Below, one piece after another: positions 23,841 through 36,618 of a DNA stretch of 64,000 bases; position 1 is the first letter of the stretch; the number at the start of each line of letters is the position of its first letter. Origin of the DNA: Styela clava. Its lineage: Eukaryota. The notes under the pieces were generated by a model that was not told the DNA's origin, did no database searches, and saw only the letters and a list, made by a program, of their open reading frames with translations. The DNA is taken from positions 12,896,001-12,960,000 of the forward strand of contig NC_135257.1 in the NCBI RefSeq assembly GCF_964204865.1, read 5' to 3'. The translations under genes and the position numbers were made by a program.

Positions 23841-25792
23841 TATAGCAACTAACCCCCAAATGTACCCCATTTCATGTTAAAAATATGAAAACAAAGTTAA
23901 TTTTCCCCAAAATTCGAACAAAGACTTTCGTAGGAATCAAATTACACCAGTTTAAGAAACATAACATGTTCCATCCATTCATTATTAAATTAAAATTTAT
24001 ATTCTCAAGACCTTTGACACTGATTGAAATAATTATATCTAAGTTCCCATCCGTACGATGTACCTAATTACCCTTGTTGAGATGATAGGAATTTCTGTTT
24101 ATAACTTGAATCACGAGCTCGCGTTTACAGTATTTAATTGGATTTATGATCAACGTATAAAAGACTCCTCCGATATCTTTCGATAGGAGAAGACGATGTA
24201 AACCACTCTAAGCTAGTCTGGATAAATGTTATAAGATTTATATTCTGTGTGTTGTGGAAATTTACGAATAAAAACATATAGAGATTTTTAACGAATATGG
24301 ACTGTATTGAACATCGATCGAAATGAACTCTTTTAGAACATAATATATGTTCGAGGTGAAAAACCTAATCAAAAACGAACTGTTGAAAACAATGAACTAT
24401 ATGGACTGTTTTACTGTAAATTACGCGCTCTATTCCGAACAATAGAGAAATTGTCGCGCTTACCTAATGGATATACAGATCAGGAGCATGAAATTCCACA
24501 ATTTGTTTCATGATTTGCAAGTTTTTCTCCTCATTGAGACAGACATTTTTCATTCTTCCACTAATACTAAGGTAAAGTACTTCTTTGTTTTCTTATATAT
24601 ACATGGCGTTTCAATCGACTTTCAATTTTTATAAATCAATTAATGGTAACAACTTTGAATATTCTAATTTCAAATACCTTTGAAGAGATTTATATTATTG
24701 AATATTTGTGGTTAGCATTCCTTTTCGATTAAATAGATTTCGTTATTATTAAAATGCTTTCTAAAAGTAGATTCGAGCGAGTCATACTTTTAATTATTTA
24801 CAAAGCCGTCATATAGAACGGTAAAATAATAAGCTCGTTTAACAAAAATTGTATCCAAAAGCGTTATTTTTTCAAAAAAGCCCTGAGATGGCATAAACTT
24901 AAAAATGCGTTTTTTTCATCCCGACATGGAACAAGCATATATTGACCAACTAGGTCGCAACGCGTTTTTTCTTCCCGACATGGGACAAGCATATATTGAC
25001 CAACTAGGTCTACAAAATCGTAACAATGCGATAAAGCGAGTATAAGTAATTTAACTTAGCGAAATACATTGAATTGAAAATATGTTTTAACCGTCCAAAC
25101 CAAAATTTTTAAAATAAAAATACGCCATCTTTCTGTAATTCTACTTTACAATCTTTACTCTTTCTATAAACTCTTCTTTATTTCAATGTCGTGTCTCATT
25201 ATAGATCATATACATTTAAATATTTTTTTTTGACCTATATCATTAATTTTAGCATTGTGTATTGTATTTTTCTATTTATTTTCAATTTATTAGAGGGTGA
25301 CAAATCTTTAAACTTCCAGTTAGTAAGATGGGGAGATAATATAGCAACTAACCCCCAAATGTACCCCATTTCATGTTAAAAATATGAAAACAAAGTTAAT
25401 TTTCCCCAAAATTCGAACAAAGACTTTCGTAGGAATCAAATTACACCAGTTTAAGAAACATAACATGTTCCATCCATTCATTATCAAATTAAAATTTATA
25501 TTTTCAAGACCTTTGACACTGATTGAAATAATTATATCTAAGTTCCCATCCGTACGATGTACCTAATTACCCTTGTTGAGATAATAGGAATTTCTGTTTA
25601 TAACTTGAATCACGAGCTCGCGTTTACAGTATTTAATTGGATTTATGATCAACGTATAAAAGACTCCTCCGATATCTTTCGATAGGAGAAGACGATGTAA
25701 ACCATTCTAAGCTAGTCTGGATAAATGTTATAAGATTTATATTCTGTGTGTTGTGGAAATTTACGAATAAAAACATATAGAGATTTTTAACG
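23841..25792 (+). mobile_element. LTR-like non-autonomous element: two 453-bp direct repeats (23841-24293, 25340-25792) around a 1046-bp non-coding interior
   Basis: I counted 4 substitutions between the repeats. Each repeat has TATAAAA (24156/25655) followed by AATAAA (24267/25766). A purine tract AAGATGGGGAGA (25325-25336) precedes the second repeat and TGG lies 4 nt after the first. No TG..CA termini or TSD found. Confidence 0.55.
24907..25010. repeat. ~54-bp tandem duplication inside the LTR-like element
   Basis: GCGTTTTTT(T)C.TCCCGACATGG.ACAAGCATATATTGACCAACTAGGTC occurs twice. Confidence 0.8.
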
Positions 25793-26676
25793 CATCTTCA
25801 TTCACGTGGGCGTTGAAGCTGAAGGGTGAACGGGTAACTTGCAAGTCAGAGACAATCTACGAAATAGCAATATACGGTAACATCACATTCATCTAACAAT
25901 CATTTGTGCTATAACTCTTCCTTCTGTCTTTATAGAACTCTGATGTTTTTGAATGACAATAGGAGTATAGTACGCATTTGGTCTTCCAAGTATTTCTGCA
26001 TTTTGCTTTTCCGTTTGTTGTTGTTTTTTATTATCCAGAGCGGCCAAAATAAAATTGATTGATATTTTAGTCAGCTAAAAATTGCCATTTTCGTTGAGGG
26101 AACTGTTGAACTACGGCTGTCGGTTTCATAATCACGTGGTTTTTATCACGTGATATCTATCACCGATTGATTAGGTCAAGGAAGCAAACGGAGTTCACGG
26201 CGGGTTTGCGATTTGCGTTTTTTCACCTTCCCAACGCATCTGTCCCGCAGCGCGCGAGAATTGCTTTTTTCATTGATGCATACAAAGGCCTTTAAATGAT
26301 GAACATTCAAGTTCACTTCATTCTTCTTGAACTAAGCCGTAGAATGCAAGGAAGATGCCTTGTGACTATTCAGGCCGCTCTCTGTGTCTGCCAGTAAAAC
26401 AGATTTCCGCAGTTCAGCAGTTTAAAAGATTGATAGGATTTTGGCATTGAACTGGCATTCGATTTTCACGCAAATTGTTTGTGCTAGTCCAGATGTTAGG
26501 GAGCGAATTATATTGCTTGCTGCGTGATGCCTGGATACAGGGATACGGCATGTAGTAGCCAGAGAGTAGTGGATTCTGTATCACTTTCACTGTATTCTGT
26601 TTGAATTACTGACTAATTTAAGCCTTATTACTTTTTAAGAACTTTATTTCTTACTGATTTAACCATCACACTAAAA

Positions 26677-29600
26677 ATGTCAAGTACTATTGAAGATGAT
26701 CGCAGTGCCATAAGCAAGCAATGGGACAGTTTCAAAGAATTTGCATGGAATCCAAGGGAAAAAACAGTCATGGGAAGAACCGGGAAAAGCTGGGGTATAA
26801 TTTTATTCTATACAGTTTATTACATTGTTTTATAATAACTAGTGCAATTGCAGAAATGCGTGATAGCTGTCCTAATGCTGTAATGCAGTGGGTTTTGGCT
26901 GCCTGGAAAATGTATATTCTACCCGTTTTCTGGTTTTGTTTTCTGTTTACAAATTACTGCATTATAATTGTAATAATCATAATGCTGTAATGCATTTCTT
27001 CACAATACTTTGTACGGTATGTTTCAAGTGTCCAGACTATCTCTCACATTTTTGCTAGTTAAAAAATTCGCAATGCTCTACATCAAAAATTGAAGATAGT
27101 CTTTTTCTAATCTTAAAATTTCGCAGTTTTTAAAACTAAATCTACTGAAGGTGCTGTATGTATAAAACGAAGTTGATTCCGCCTTAGCCTATCTCACACG
27201 AATAGAGTTTCATCACTATATTTTTATCTGTTTTCCCTTTTCAATTATATTTTATTGTATTGAAATAGACGGCCCATATTTGTACAAGCAAACCGCATAA
27301 ATATGTCTGAGAATAGAGCTTGATTTTTGTATTCTGGCATTGATTTATGAATGACTTTTTCTGTGTATAACACAAGATCACCTGCTTCCCAATTCAGGCA
27401 GTGTGGAATTTAGGTGAAATTAAATTATAAGCCTTTCGAATACATACTGTATAATACTAATGTTGGAAATATTAATATGTTCCAGTTTGTTGACTGGAAC
27501 GAGTTTAAAATGCTTCAAATCATTTTTATTATTCACTAATGTTATTGACATTTTGATGCCCTTGCTATAATAAGTCCTTGTTAATGAACTTGCCATTTTT
27601 TTGCCTCTGAAGAGGAATTTTTGGGGTTGGTTTTGAATGAATGTTAGGTTTATCTGAAATAAAATAAAAAAATAAAATTTCAGAACTATAAAATATTTGT
27701 TTTTTTGTTGGCTTCTGTGTTGTAACAAAATTTTCAAATTTTGATTTTATTGATGCCGTTCAACGTCATGAACCTTTTTATTATCACCCCATACTGCATA
27801 GTATGATTTATCACGGCCTGTTAAATTTCTACCATCTGAACATGTCAAAGCAAAATATATTGTTTTATATACAACTTTAGTGGAAAACCACCACAGGCGC
27901 AAATATTTTGACTTACTCACTTCAATATTCAATAATACACTGCCCACTTACTTCCTATCATTTAATATCTCGCAATATGAACTGTTATTCAGATTTTAAC
28001 TGCCTGTATATTGACATTCACATTCTACCGTGTGTGAATAGTCGAAGATAAATCATAAAAAACATTGTTGTTTCATTTTTTCTCAACCTGTATTTTTTCG
28101 GAATTTTTAAGGACTATCGTACTAAAAATCTCATCTAACAAGCTCGGATTACCACGATTAACAGTTAAACTCTTCTTGCTTGTTAAAAGAGAGAAAATGT
28201 TTTCGCAAATATAAAATGGGTTAAAAATCTAGCTTTCCGGTTGCTTGGGTACCAGGTATGTTGTCTGTTCCTAACCAACCATTAAAAATCGTGATTCCTG
28301 GTTACTTAAGTTTTATAAAAACTCTTATTAGAGGTTGCCGAGTGTGTTCCACTTCAGTTGATAGTTGCATTAGACATTCATTGCCCGAGGGTATAATCAT
28401 ACAGTCTTTCTGGTGTTCATTTCTTGAGAGGGGCTTGGTTTCACTTTGTCAGTTCTATTATAAAACGAGTACAATGAGTTCTGACAAAAAGGAAAAGTCT
28501 AGATTAGATATTGCTCGTGAAACCTGGAATGATTTTCTATTGTTTTTGTACAACAAGGATGAAGGCACTGTATTAGGCAGAAATGGAAATAGCTGGTGTA
28601 AGTGTATTTGGCAATGAGATGGCAAAATATCATTATTCTTTAAACTTAATATTTTTCTTAAATATATATAAATGTATGAATAATTTTAAGTAGCAAAATT
28701 AGTCTAATTTGATATAACACATTCATGTATATTCTGAATTTTATGTTTCTACTCTCGCTCATGCGAAGAATCATTGTTTATTCTTTTTTTTTCTCAGCAA
28801 AAATTCTCGTGTTCTACATGTTCTACTACGGATTTCTGGCATGTCTCTTCGCAGCATCTATCAGCATTGTCCTCAGTACACTGAGTGATTACACTCCCAA
28901 ATACCAGACGAGACTGCAGACCCCTGGTAAGGATTTATCATGACTTAAATCAACTCCCATATGGTAATTATAAGGAACAATATATCACAGAGGATATTTT
29001 TTTTGTTTTATTGAGTTATTGCCCTTTTGAAATATTAGCAATTGGCTCAATTAAAATTTTTTCCATGCTGTTTTCTACTAGTGTATTACCTCTTAGAAAA
29101 TTTTTTTTATTCAAATATTGAACTTTGCATTAACAGGTTTGTGATTTTAGCAATATGAAATACTTCTTTGTTTCAGGTGTTGCAATTCAACCCAAAACTC
29201 CGTCCGATATCGAACAGACTAGCAACATCAAATACAATCTGAAGAATTATCAAGATAATGCCGGCTACCAGCGTTTGACACTTCAGATGGAAAAATTCCT
29301 TTATCGTAAGATGCCATTTCCTACTGTTTATGAATAAACTGGATTAATATGTTTGTGACAGCCTCACTTATCATTGTGGTTGGTAGGGTGGAATTTTCGA
29401 AGTGCTACAAGCCTACAATTGATTTATTTAATGTTCTAATCTTATAAAATCAGCTGCCTAAGATTATTGATTACTATGTAAATTATTACATTCGACCTAC
29501 TCTGATTGATTTGTTATTGATCCGAAACAATGGATTAGATGGCTAATGAACCTTGAGGTTTGTGTAGACTTCTCTCAAAACCTTACTATTTATGTCAAAT

Positions 29601-31320
29601 TCAACATTTGACAGTTAACTGTATTCTGTATTGCAAATTTGTGAAATGTTTTGCACGAAACTCTTTGAAATGTTTTCCTACCGCAGTTCTACATTCAAAA
29701 TGATATTGTCTCACTTTGTAATATTCATTAAAATATTTGTTTTGCAAACAGCATATGCAACAGTGAATCAAACAGATAATGAAGTATTCCAAGATTGCAT
29801 TATGACCCAACCACCTTCCACCAACCAAAATTTTGAAAAAGATCAAATCGCTAAGTCCTGTCGATTTGACATAACTAAATTGGGACCATGTTCCGTGAAA
29901 CCATATGGATACGACAAAGGCCAACCATGCATCTTTGTAAAAGTCAACAGGGTAAGAAATGCTGGACCATGGGAATTATTAATGAGTTCTGTACTTCCAT
30001 TTATCCTTAATTAATTAGCAGTATTAGCGAACATGATAACGATTGATTATGCATTTCAGTACTTGCTTAGACAGCGTCAAAATTGCAGGTTCTAAATTTA
30101 TACTTCAATGAACCTTCCTCATGCACTATTATGTATTGATAGACTCTGAAAATGTCTCATCTATTATTCATTGAAATACTCCCGGAAGTTTCAATTTCAG
30201 TCATAGCTAATATTACCAAAATTTCTTTGTTAGTATACAATAAGATTTCTGAATCATATTAAAATATTTTGTGTTTTACGCAGTCTTTTTTGTTTAAAGA
30301 TCATTGGATGGTACCCTGTCGGATACACCAATCTTTCAAGGGCCGTAGGTAATTCACAGTCTGATGCGCCACCTCTTTCTGATGTACTTGCTACCTATGG
30401 ACAGTCATATCAACCATATCTCATGTACACACATTGCTATGGTGATGTAAGTTACAATTTTCGCTGATTTATCGATATGTTATGAAGTTATCTTTCGTAA
30501 ATAAGCTTAATGGACTATCTTCCATAGCTACCACTATATAAATACACCTATATATATGTGGGGCAGTTTTATAATATTTTTCTTCAATTCCTAAGTTTTT
30601 ATCTGAGTTCAGTCCTGTGTTCAATGCAGATAGTAGATGATATAGTTATAAATTTATTCTGATTTCAGTAATAACTCTGTTAGTTATTTAAGTTTGATTT
30701 TCTTTTTAAGTTTGTTTTGAGTTTCAACCATAAATGAACTTAAGACAGCTTCCACTGAGCTGGAAAACGTTGAATTTGAATGTTTGTGGACTTTAAATGT
30801 TTCATTTATTAAGAGGCTGAACTGTGTTTTACAGGAACCGGAGGACAAAAATAACTTGGGAGGAACACTCGACACGAAGTACTTTCCAACACATATGGGC
30901 ATTCCATTTGTGTATTTCCCATATGCAGGAAAGAAACGTCAACCTGCATACATTAATCCTATTGTGGCTGTTCAGTTCACAAATGTTACAGTAAGATTTT
31001 ATTTACAACTATTACTCATACAATTTTTTCATATCCTTGAATCTGTTCTGAAAACACCTTTGATATACATAACAGATTGAACAGACAGACATTGGGTAAA
31101 AATGTCCTATTGGCATTGCATTTCTCAATGTTTTATCATTTAGGTTATTTATAAAATATCATTATTAACACACTGTTCTAATATATCACAATTTTCAATA
31201 TTTCAGAAAAATGTTGACATCACCATCAAATGCAAGGTGTATGCTCTCAACATTCGTGACAACAAGGAAATGGGTGAAGGCTACTTTAAATTTGACATGA
31301 GAATCGACGACAAAGAATAG
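26677..31320 (+). CDS. ATP1B: Na+/K+-ATPase beta subunit, isoform using first exon 1a, 330 aa
   Basis: Exons 26677-26794 (MSSTIEDD..WDSFKEFAWNPREKTVMGRTGKSW), 28798-28926 (TM KILVFYMFYYGFLACLF..PKYQTRLQTPG), 29177-29305, 29752-29951 (CRFD..LGPC..YGYDKGQPCIFVKVNR), 30300-30446 (IIGWYP), 30835-30990 (YFPYAGK..YINPIVAVQF), 31207-31320 (IKCKVYALNI). Six ectodomain Cys. AATAAA at 31733. Confidence 0.9.
28474..28597 (+). CDS. ATP1B: Alternative first coding exon 1b of the Na+/K+-ATPase beta gene (332-aa isoform, 28474-31320)
   Basis: Encodes MSSDKKEKSRLDIARETWNDFLLFLYNKDEGTVLGRNGNSW with a phase-1 GTAAGT donor, the same phase as exon 1a, and splices in frame to 28798. Confidence 0.85.
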
Positions 31321-34300
31321 CTTTTTATGTAACATTTCATACCTTCATATCACTACTCAGTGTAAAACTTTGATTCACCTAGTCAATATAAAAAAAACAA
31401 TTCTTTTTGCCATGTTATTTTGAAAAACCATACAAACCTGGGTATTACCATCTAATAGTTTCAGAACCTTTAAAACTTTGCTATGTTGAGGGGCAATCTT
31501 GCATTTTATTACTAACACTGAGTGAGTGGTGTGATTGTTGAACCATTTATGATATGTGTTAATGTTACTTCTTGTTTTGTTTGGGTTTTACACTGCAGTT
31601 CACAATATTTTACTAAAAATCGAATTTTTAAGAAGCGCCGCGGTTGTCAATATATAATCCTAGTCAATTATTATTACTATTGTATTCACTGGAGCAACCG
31701 TTGTTTTTTTGTAATTGTCAACATTTGTCTTCAATAAAATATGACCGGTTGAAATTTAGCAGCTTCTGTATGTTGGGTCACTGGGAAAGTTAATATAAAG
31801 GCACATCGGTTTATATTATCTGGGATAGGTTCTGTGGTTAACTGGTAAAATAACTAACGCCTACAAGCGCGGGGACGGGCGTTACGCAACATTTTCTAGT
31901 TGTTTACATAAGGTGGTCAAATATTTGTGTTTGAGAATTGCATACTCGCTGAAGCATCAAAATGTATTCATGGTCAAACACAGTAGTCTGGATTTAGTCC
32001 CAACTGGTTTTCCAGTGAAGAACGCTCTGATTGGATTTGTAAATTGAAAGGGAATTGATCTTGGTAATATGTCGTCTACCGATTCATTGATCATGACTGA
32101 TCTCTGATTAGTAAACATGATACGATTAATTGCTTTTGTTCTCTGTAGGTCATTTGAAAATAATCCGATCGTCTGCCTTGACATCTGTTTGCAAAACGTT
32201 TAATTGAAAACATTGATCCATAATCTCTGTGCGAACGTTCGTTGCTGAGAAATAGATTTGCCCCAATTTCCGCGAAGTTAATCATTGACGCGAGAGAATG
32301 CCGGCGTGTCCTCTATAAAGACTTTTGAAGGTCGTACTGCGGATTCGCGCCGACGCAACTCCCTGCGAGCTTCATTCGCCTTTTGTCTGGAAGCAGTCAA
32401 GCGAGGAAATATCGAGCTATGAGTAACCACGAGTTTCCGACAGCACTAATGCTGAAAAACATTATTAAATTACGTTATTAAATCTGTTTTCTAAAAAATA
32501 TTTGTCAGTCATGCAATAACAAAGTCAAATTATTTTGTCGCTTAGTCATGTTGTCTCGTGCCCTCCAGGATTAGAGTTTGTTGCTACCTATAAAATTACA
32601 AACAATCGAGAATGACAAATTATGCAAAATATTTTAGCGCTTATGTTCATTAGCGCCCTGTTACCTTGTCCTTGTAAATGAGTCTACAAGTTAAATATAT
32701 TTATTTGGTTTTTATAGTCACATTTGTTAAATACAAAAAATTTATACCACATTTGACCTATTCCATGGATGGAAATAACGTCTAAACCAAAAGCCGTCGA
32801 AGTCTGTTGAATACATTTAGCTTTTGGGAAATTATTAACGAGGACCAGAAAGGCGAGTAGCATTAACATGATCAATTTCTCAAATTTATTAAGAAAAACT
32901 AATTCATGGCGAATCTGTTGTATTCGAATAGTTTCTTGCTCAGAGCGGATGCGTGAATGGAAACGCGTACATCGCTAGTGGTTGGTTAAATAAAAGACAT
33001 TAGTGAGATTTGAATTTGCGAAAAAGACATATCATGCATTCACGAGTTTGTTCCAAGCCGATGTGTTTTAATGAACAAAACTTGTTACTACGGAGTATTG
33101 GCTTGTACTAAGCATAATGTGGAGCAAATGTAAATTTTCGTTTCGTGACGCCATCATCTGACGAAAGTTGGTAGCCAGAATATCAAATCTTACGTCTTCG
33201 ACATCAAGTTTTCGTATTCCCAATTTTTTCTCTCTTTAGCATCATCTAGTGGCCAAACCTCCGTGTCAACCAAATGCTAGGTGGCGTGGGCAAGCAACAG
33301 TACAAATAAACTCCGCATAGGTTATTGTTGCTGGTAAAATATACGGAAGAAGTATAGTTACATATTTTATAGGAAGCTTCTGTGTCTTTCAAAAAAATAT
33401 CGGTATATTCAACAGCATCTGGAGTGAACGAATGGATCATTCAGATAACAATTTTTGTGCGAGAGTCCACGTACACAACGATATTAACTGGTTTCATGAA
33501 AGAATTTCCAGACAAACCATCGAAATGGTCCACAGATCTGATAAGATTGAAAAGTATTGGGCACAAAGCCATAAAGCGCGAATGGACAGAATAGTAATCT
33601 ATAAATCTACACCAATCGCTCGTAATAAAATTTGAAATATCGAAAGAAGCTCATCAACAGCATCGTAGAACAATTTCTACATTGTGTTCTTGTTAAACAC
33701 AAATTAGGTTTATGTATTGATTTTTGCTAAGATGTCGTTACTGATAATTGATGCTGACAGGACAAAGGTCGTTTTTCTAATTTAATATTATAAAGAAATT
33801 TGATGTATTTTGGTTAAAAACTTTTTGCGGGACCTCAACTTGCGAGAATATAAATTTCCGAGAACGCACCGATTTTCACATCCTACCGAGTGGTATCGAT
33901 GTGTAAGTTTATAATATTTCAAGGTTTAAAAAATTGACATCAGCTTGCATTAATCTAAATCTACTTCAAAAGATTTCACCATGCGGAATTTTGAAATACG
34001 TGGTTTTGCAATCGGATGTATTTACCCCTAGAGATCATTTGTGGTTAAATGTAATTTGTAATATTACAACCAGTCTCTTGGGATATCCGTCTCCATCTAT
34101 GAGTCACCAATTGTGTGTGTAGCAGCCCGCCATAACAAAGTACCCGAATGGCTGCCTGAAATTCCTGGTTTCAGACAACTCCACAACATATATCAACGAC
34201 TTATACCAATAGTTAGTGGGATTGAGACACACACGTTCTGACTGCTAAATTTTACTGAGTCTGTGTACTAAGCTATTAAAGATAGGGTTTTATGCCCATC

Positions 34301-36618
34301 GTGTTCTTGAAAATAGAGCGACTTTGCGTTTATCTGTGATTGACAGAAATACGACGCCTTTTGCTCGACATAGCAACATGAGCAAAATTACAGCACAAAA
34401 ATCTTGATCAGCGGTACATAGATTTCTGCTTTGTATATATAAACTACAAATTTAGTATGTGCAAGAATATTCATGTTCAAGTCACACAAAGAACAATAGT
34501 GAAGAGTGAATATAAACATCAGCACGAAAAAAACTAAAACATTAACTCAAATAATAATGGTTTCAGCAAATTTTTAAGCAATTTACAGCAATTTACTAAG
34601 TTTGAAATTCTAGGCAAATAACGATATGTTGTTGGAATTTAATCAGACGGCAATTACTAGACTGAATCATTATTTTTACTGGGGTCGTTTTAGTTCATTA
34701 AAATAAATATTACAAATTAGGACTATAAAATGAACAAAAACAATACTGCGAGTTTGAAAGTTATATAACAAGCTATAATAATAATCGACTACAAAAATTT
34801 AATCAAAACGTAAAAAATTAAATAAAAAAACAGTTGAGAAATTACGAACAATCCGTATGCGCACTGTTGTATGTGCTATGAACAATGAATGATTGCCAGT
34901 TGACTAACAACTGATGTCTGTCGATGTTCGAATTATTATAAATAACATAAACTCTTACGAACTTTCTAACAGTTAGCTTGAAGCATTTAACAAACAGTAA
35001 ACAAAACAAAAATCTAACACAAAAGATCTTTTATGGTGGAAAACCGCGTGTCAAATTATGATGCACATCACAAAACCATTAAACGGGAAACGTGATTTGT
35101 CGTTTGTCAAAAAATTGATAAAAAGAAAGTCTAAAAGTTCATTTTATTACGTAATTCAGTGAGTCTAAATATAATATAGTAATAGCCAATAAAATGGGTG
35201 AAATCAATGTTTACTCGTCGTTGTCCCATTCATGATAAAAGGATAATTATGGATACGGGTTGGAGAACTGTTGAATTGGGTCAGACTTTTGATATTTCAT
35301 TCATAGCATGTTTAAAAATCTGTGATAAAATGAGTTGTTCGTCAATTCTGATAAATGGTATGTAATAGAAAATTCATTCATTTACTTCACACCCGAAAAC
35401 AAATAGTAAACTACGCACAAAGCAGTGTATATAACTACTTCAAAAGACGATAAATTTTACGAAATTATTCGATAATTTGCTACAATAGTTACATATTTCT
35501 TATCACATCATTCGCATCAATGTTACTTGAGATACAGATCATAAATATGACAATCTTAAGAATATGCACAAGATTACATCCCCAAAGATAATTTGCAATC
35601 GTTCGAATTTGGTAATTGTATCGTATCGTGTCTATGATACGCCATTATTTTTTAAAAATATTCCCTAATGGTTCGCGTAAGGTAGACAGACGTCTTGTGC
35701 CGCGGGCGCATTGCTCCTTACTGTAGCGTCAACAAACATGTTCTTGCCTTCCTGTGAAACAATGTCACAACTAATTTTTGTGAACGAGACACGCCTGATA
35801 ACTTGGTATTATTTACCAAGTAAAATTCCATATAGTATACGAAACGCTATTGGTTGAACATGGGCCTTATATATTTCACATGAAAATGTTCCACAAATTC
35901 ATATGGATCGAGTTGGCCTTTGGCAGTCTAACTCATTTGGCTTGAAATATGTGGCGTGTTGGTTTGCCATAGTTTATGTAACGATTTAAAGTTCACGACA
36001 CAGATTTATGGTCCTTGCGGTATCTAGTAGCGTAAAAATTGTCTGACACAAAGGCTGGGGCGTTTCCGGGCTTCTAAGACGACAGGTGTTGTCACATAAA
36101 CACGAAATGCACTTTGCTTGAGCGGCCGATTAAACGACAGGAAAACATATCTAGCATATTTGTTTGCATTTATTCTGACAATGTGTCGCAGTAATGAAGG
36201 CAAAAACAGTAAAAACATCATTGATAACACACTAGCAACAAGAACAATAATTTAGACATGCTGGTTTAGAGGCGGCAAGCATTGTTTTACTTTCAGATTT
36301 ACCACAAGCTACATTGAAAAGAAAATGTAATAATAAAAAACAGTCCAAATTTACTAAAAATTAGACGTAAATAAATTGGGTAAAATTGGGAAACTGCAGT
36401 CCACTGATTTTCACATCAATGAGAAGCGCCCTTGCCTCAGGAAGATCAGTCATTTTGATGAAAACTGACTGATAAGTCTCTTCATTTTGCGTGGATCGAA
36501 TTTTTATTACCAGCATTCTGCAGCAGATGGAATCTGCGGAGCGATACTACAATATCCCGATTTGCTCCGATGGGATAAAGTCTTTCGATAAATTCGTTAG
36601 CGGCAAATCCGGTTATTT

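Noticed and set aside
24160-24200. Hairpin in the direct repeat considered as a Penelope/retrozyme hammerhead
   Set aside because: There is a GAAA-capped stem on the minus strand but no CUGANGA core in the proper arrangement.
23885-25566. Two identical 60-aa ORFs (MKTKLIFPK..)
   Set aside because: They result from the 453-bp direct repeat; no coding evidence.
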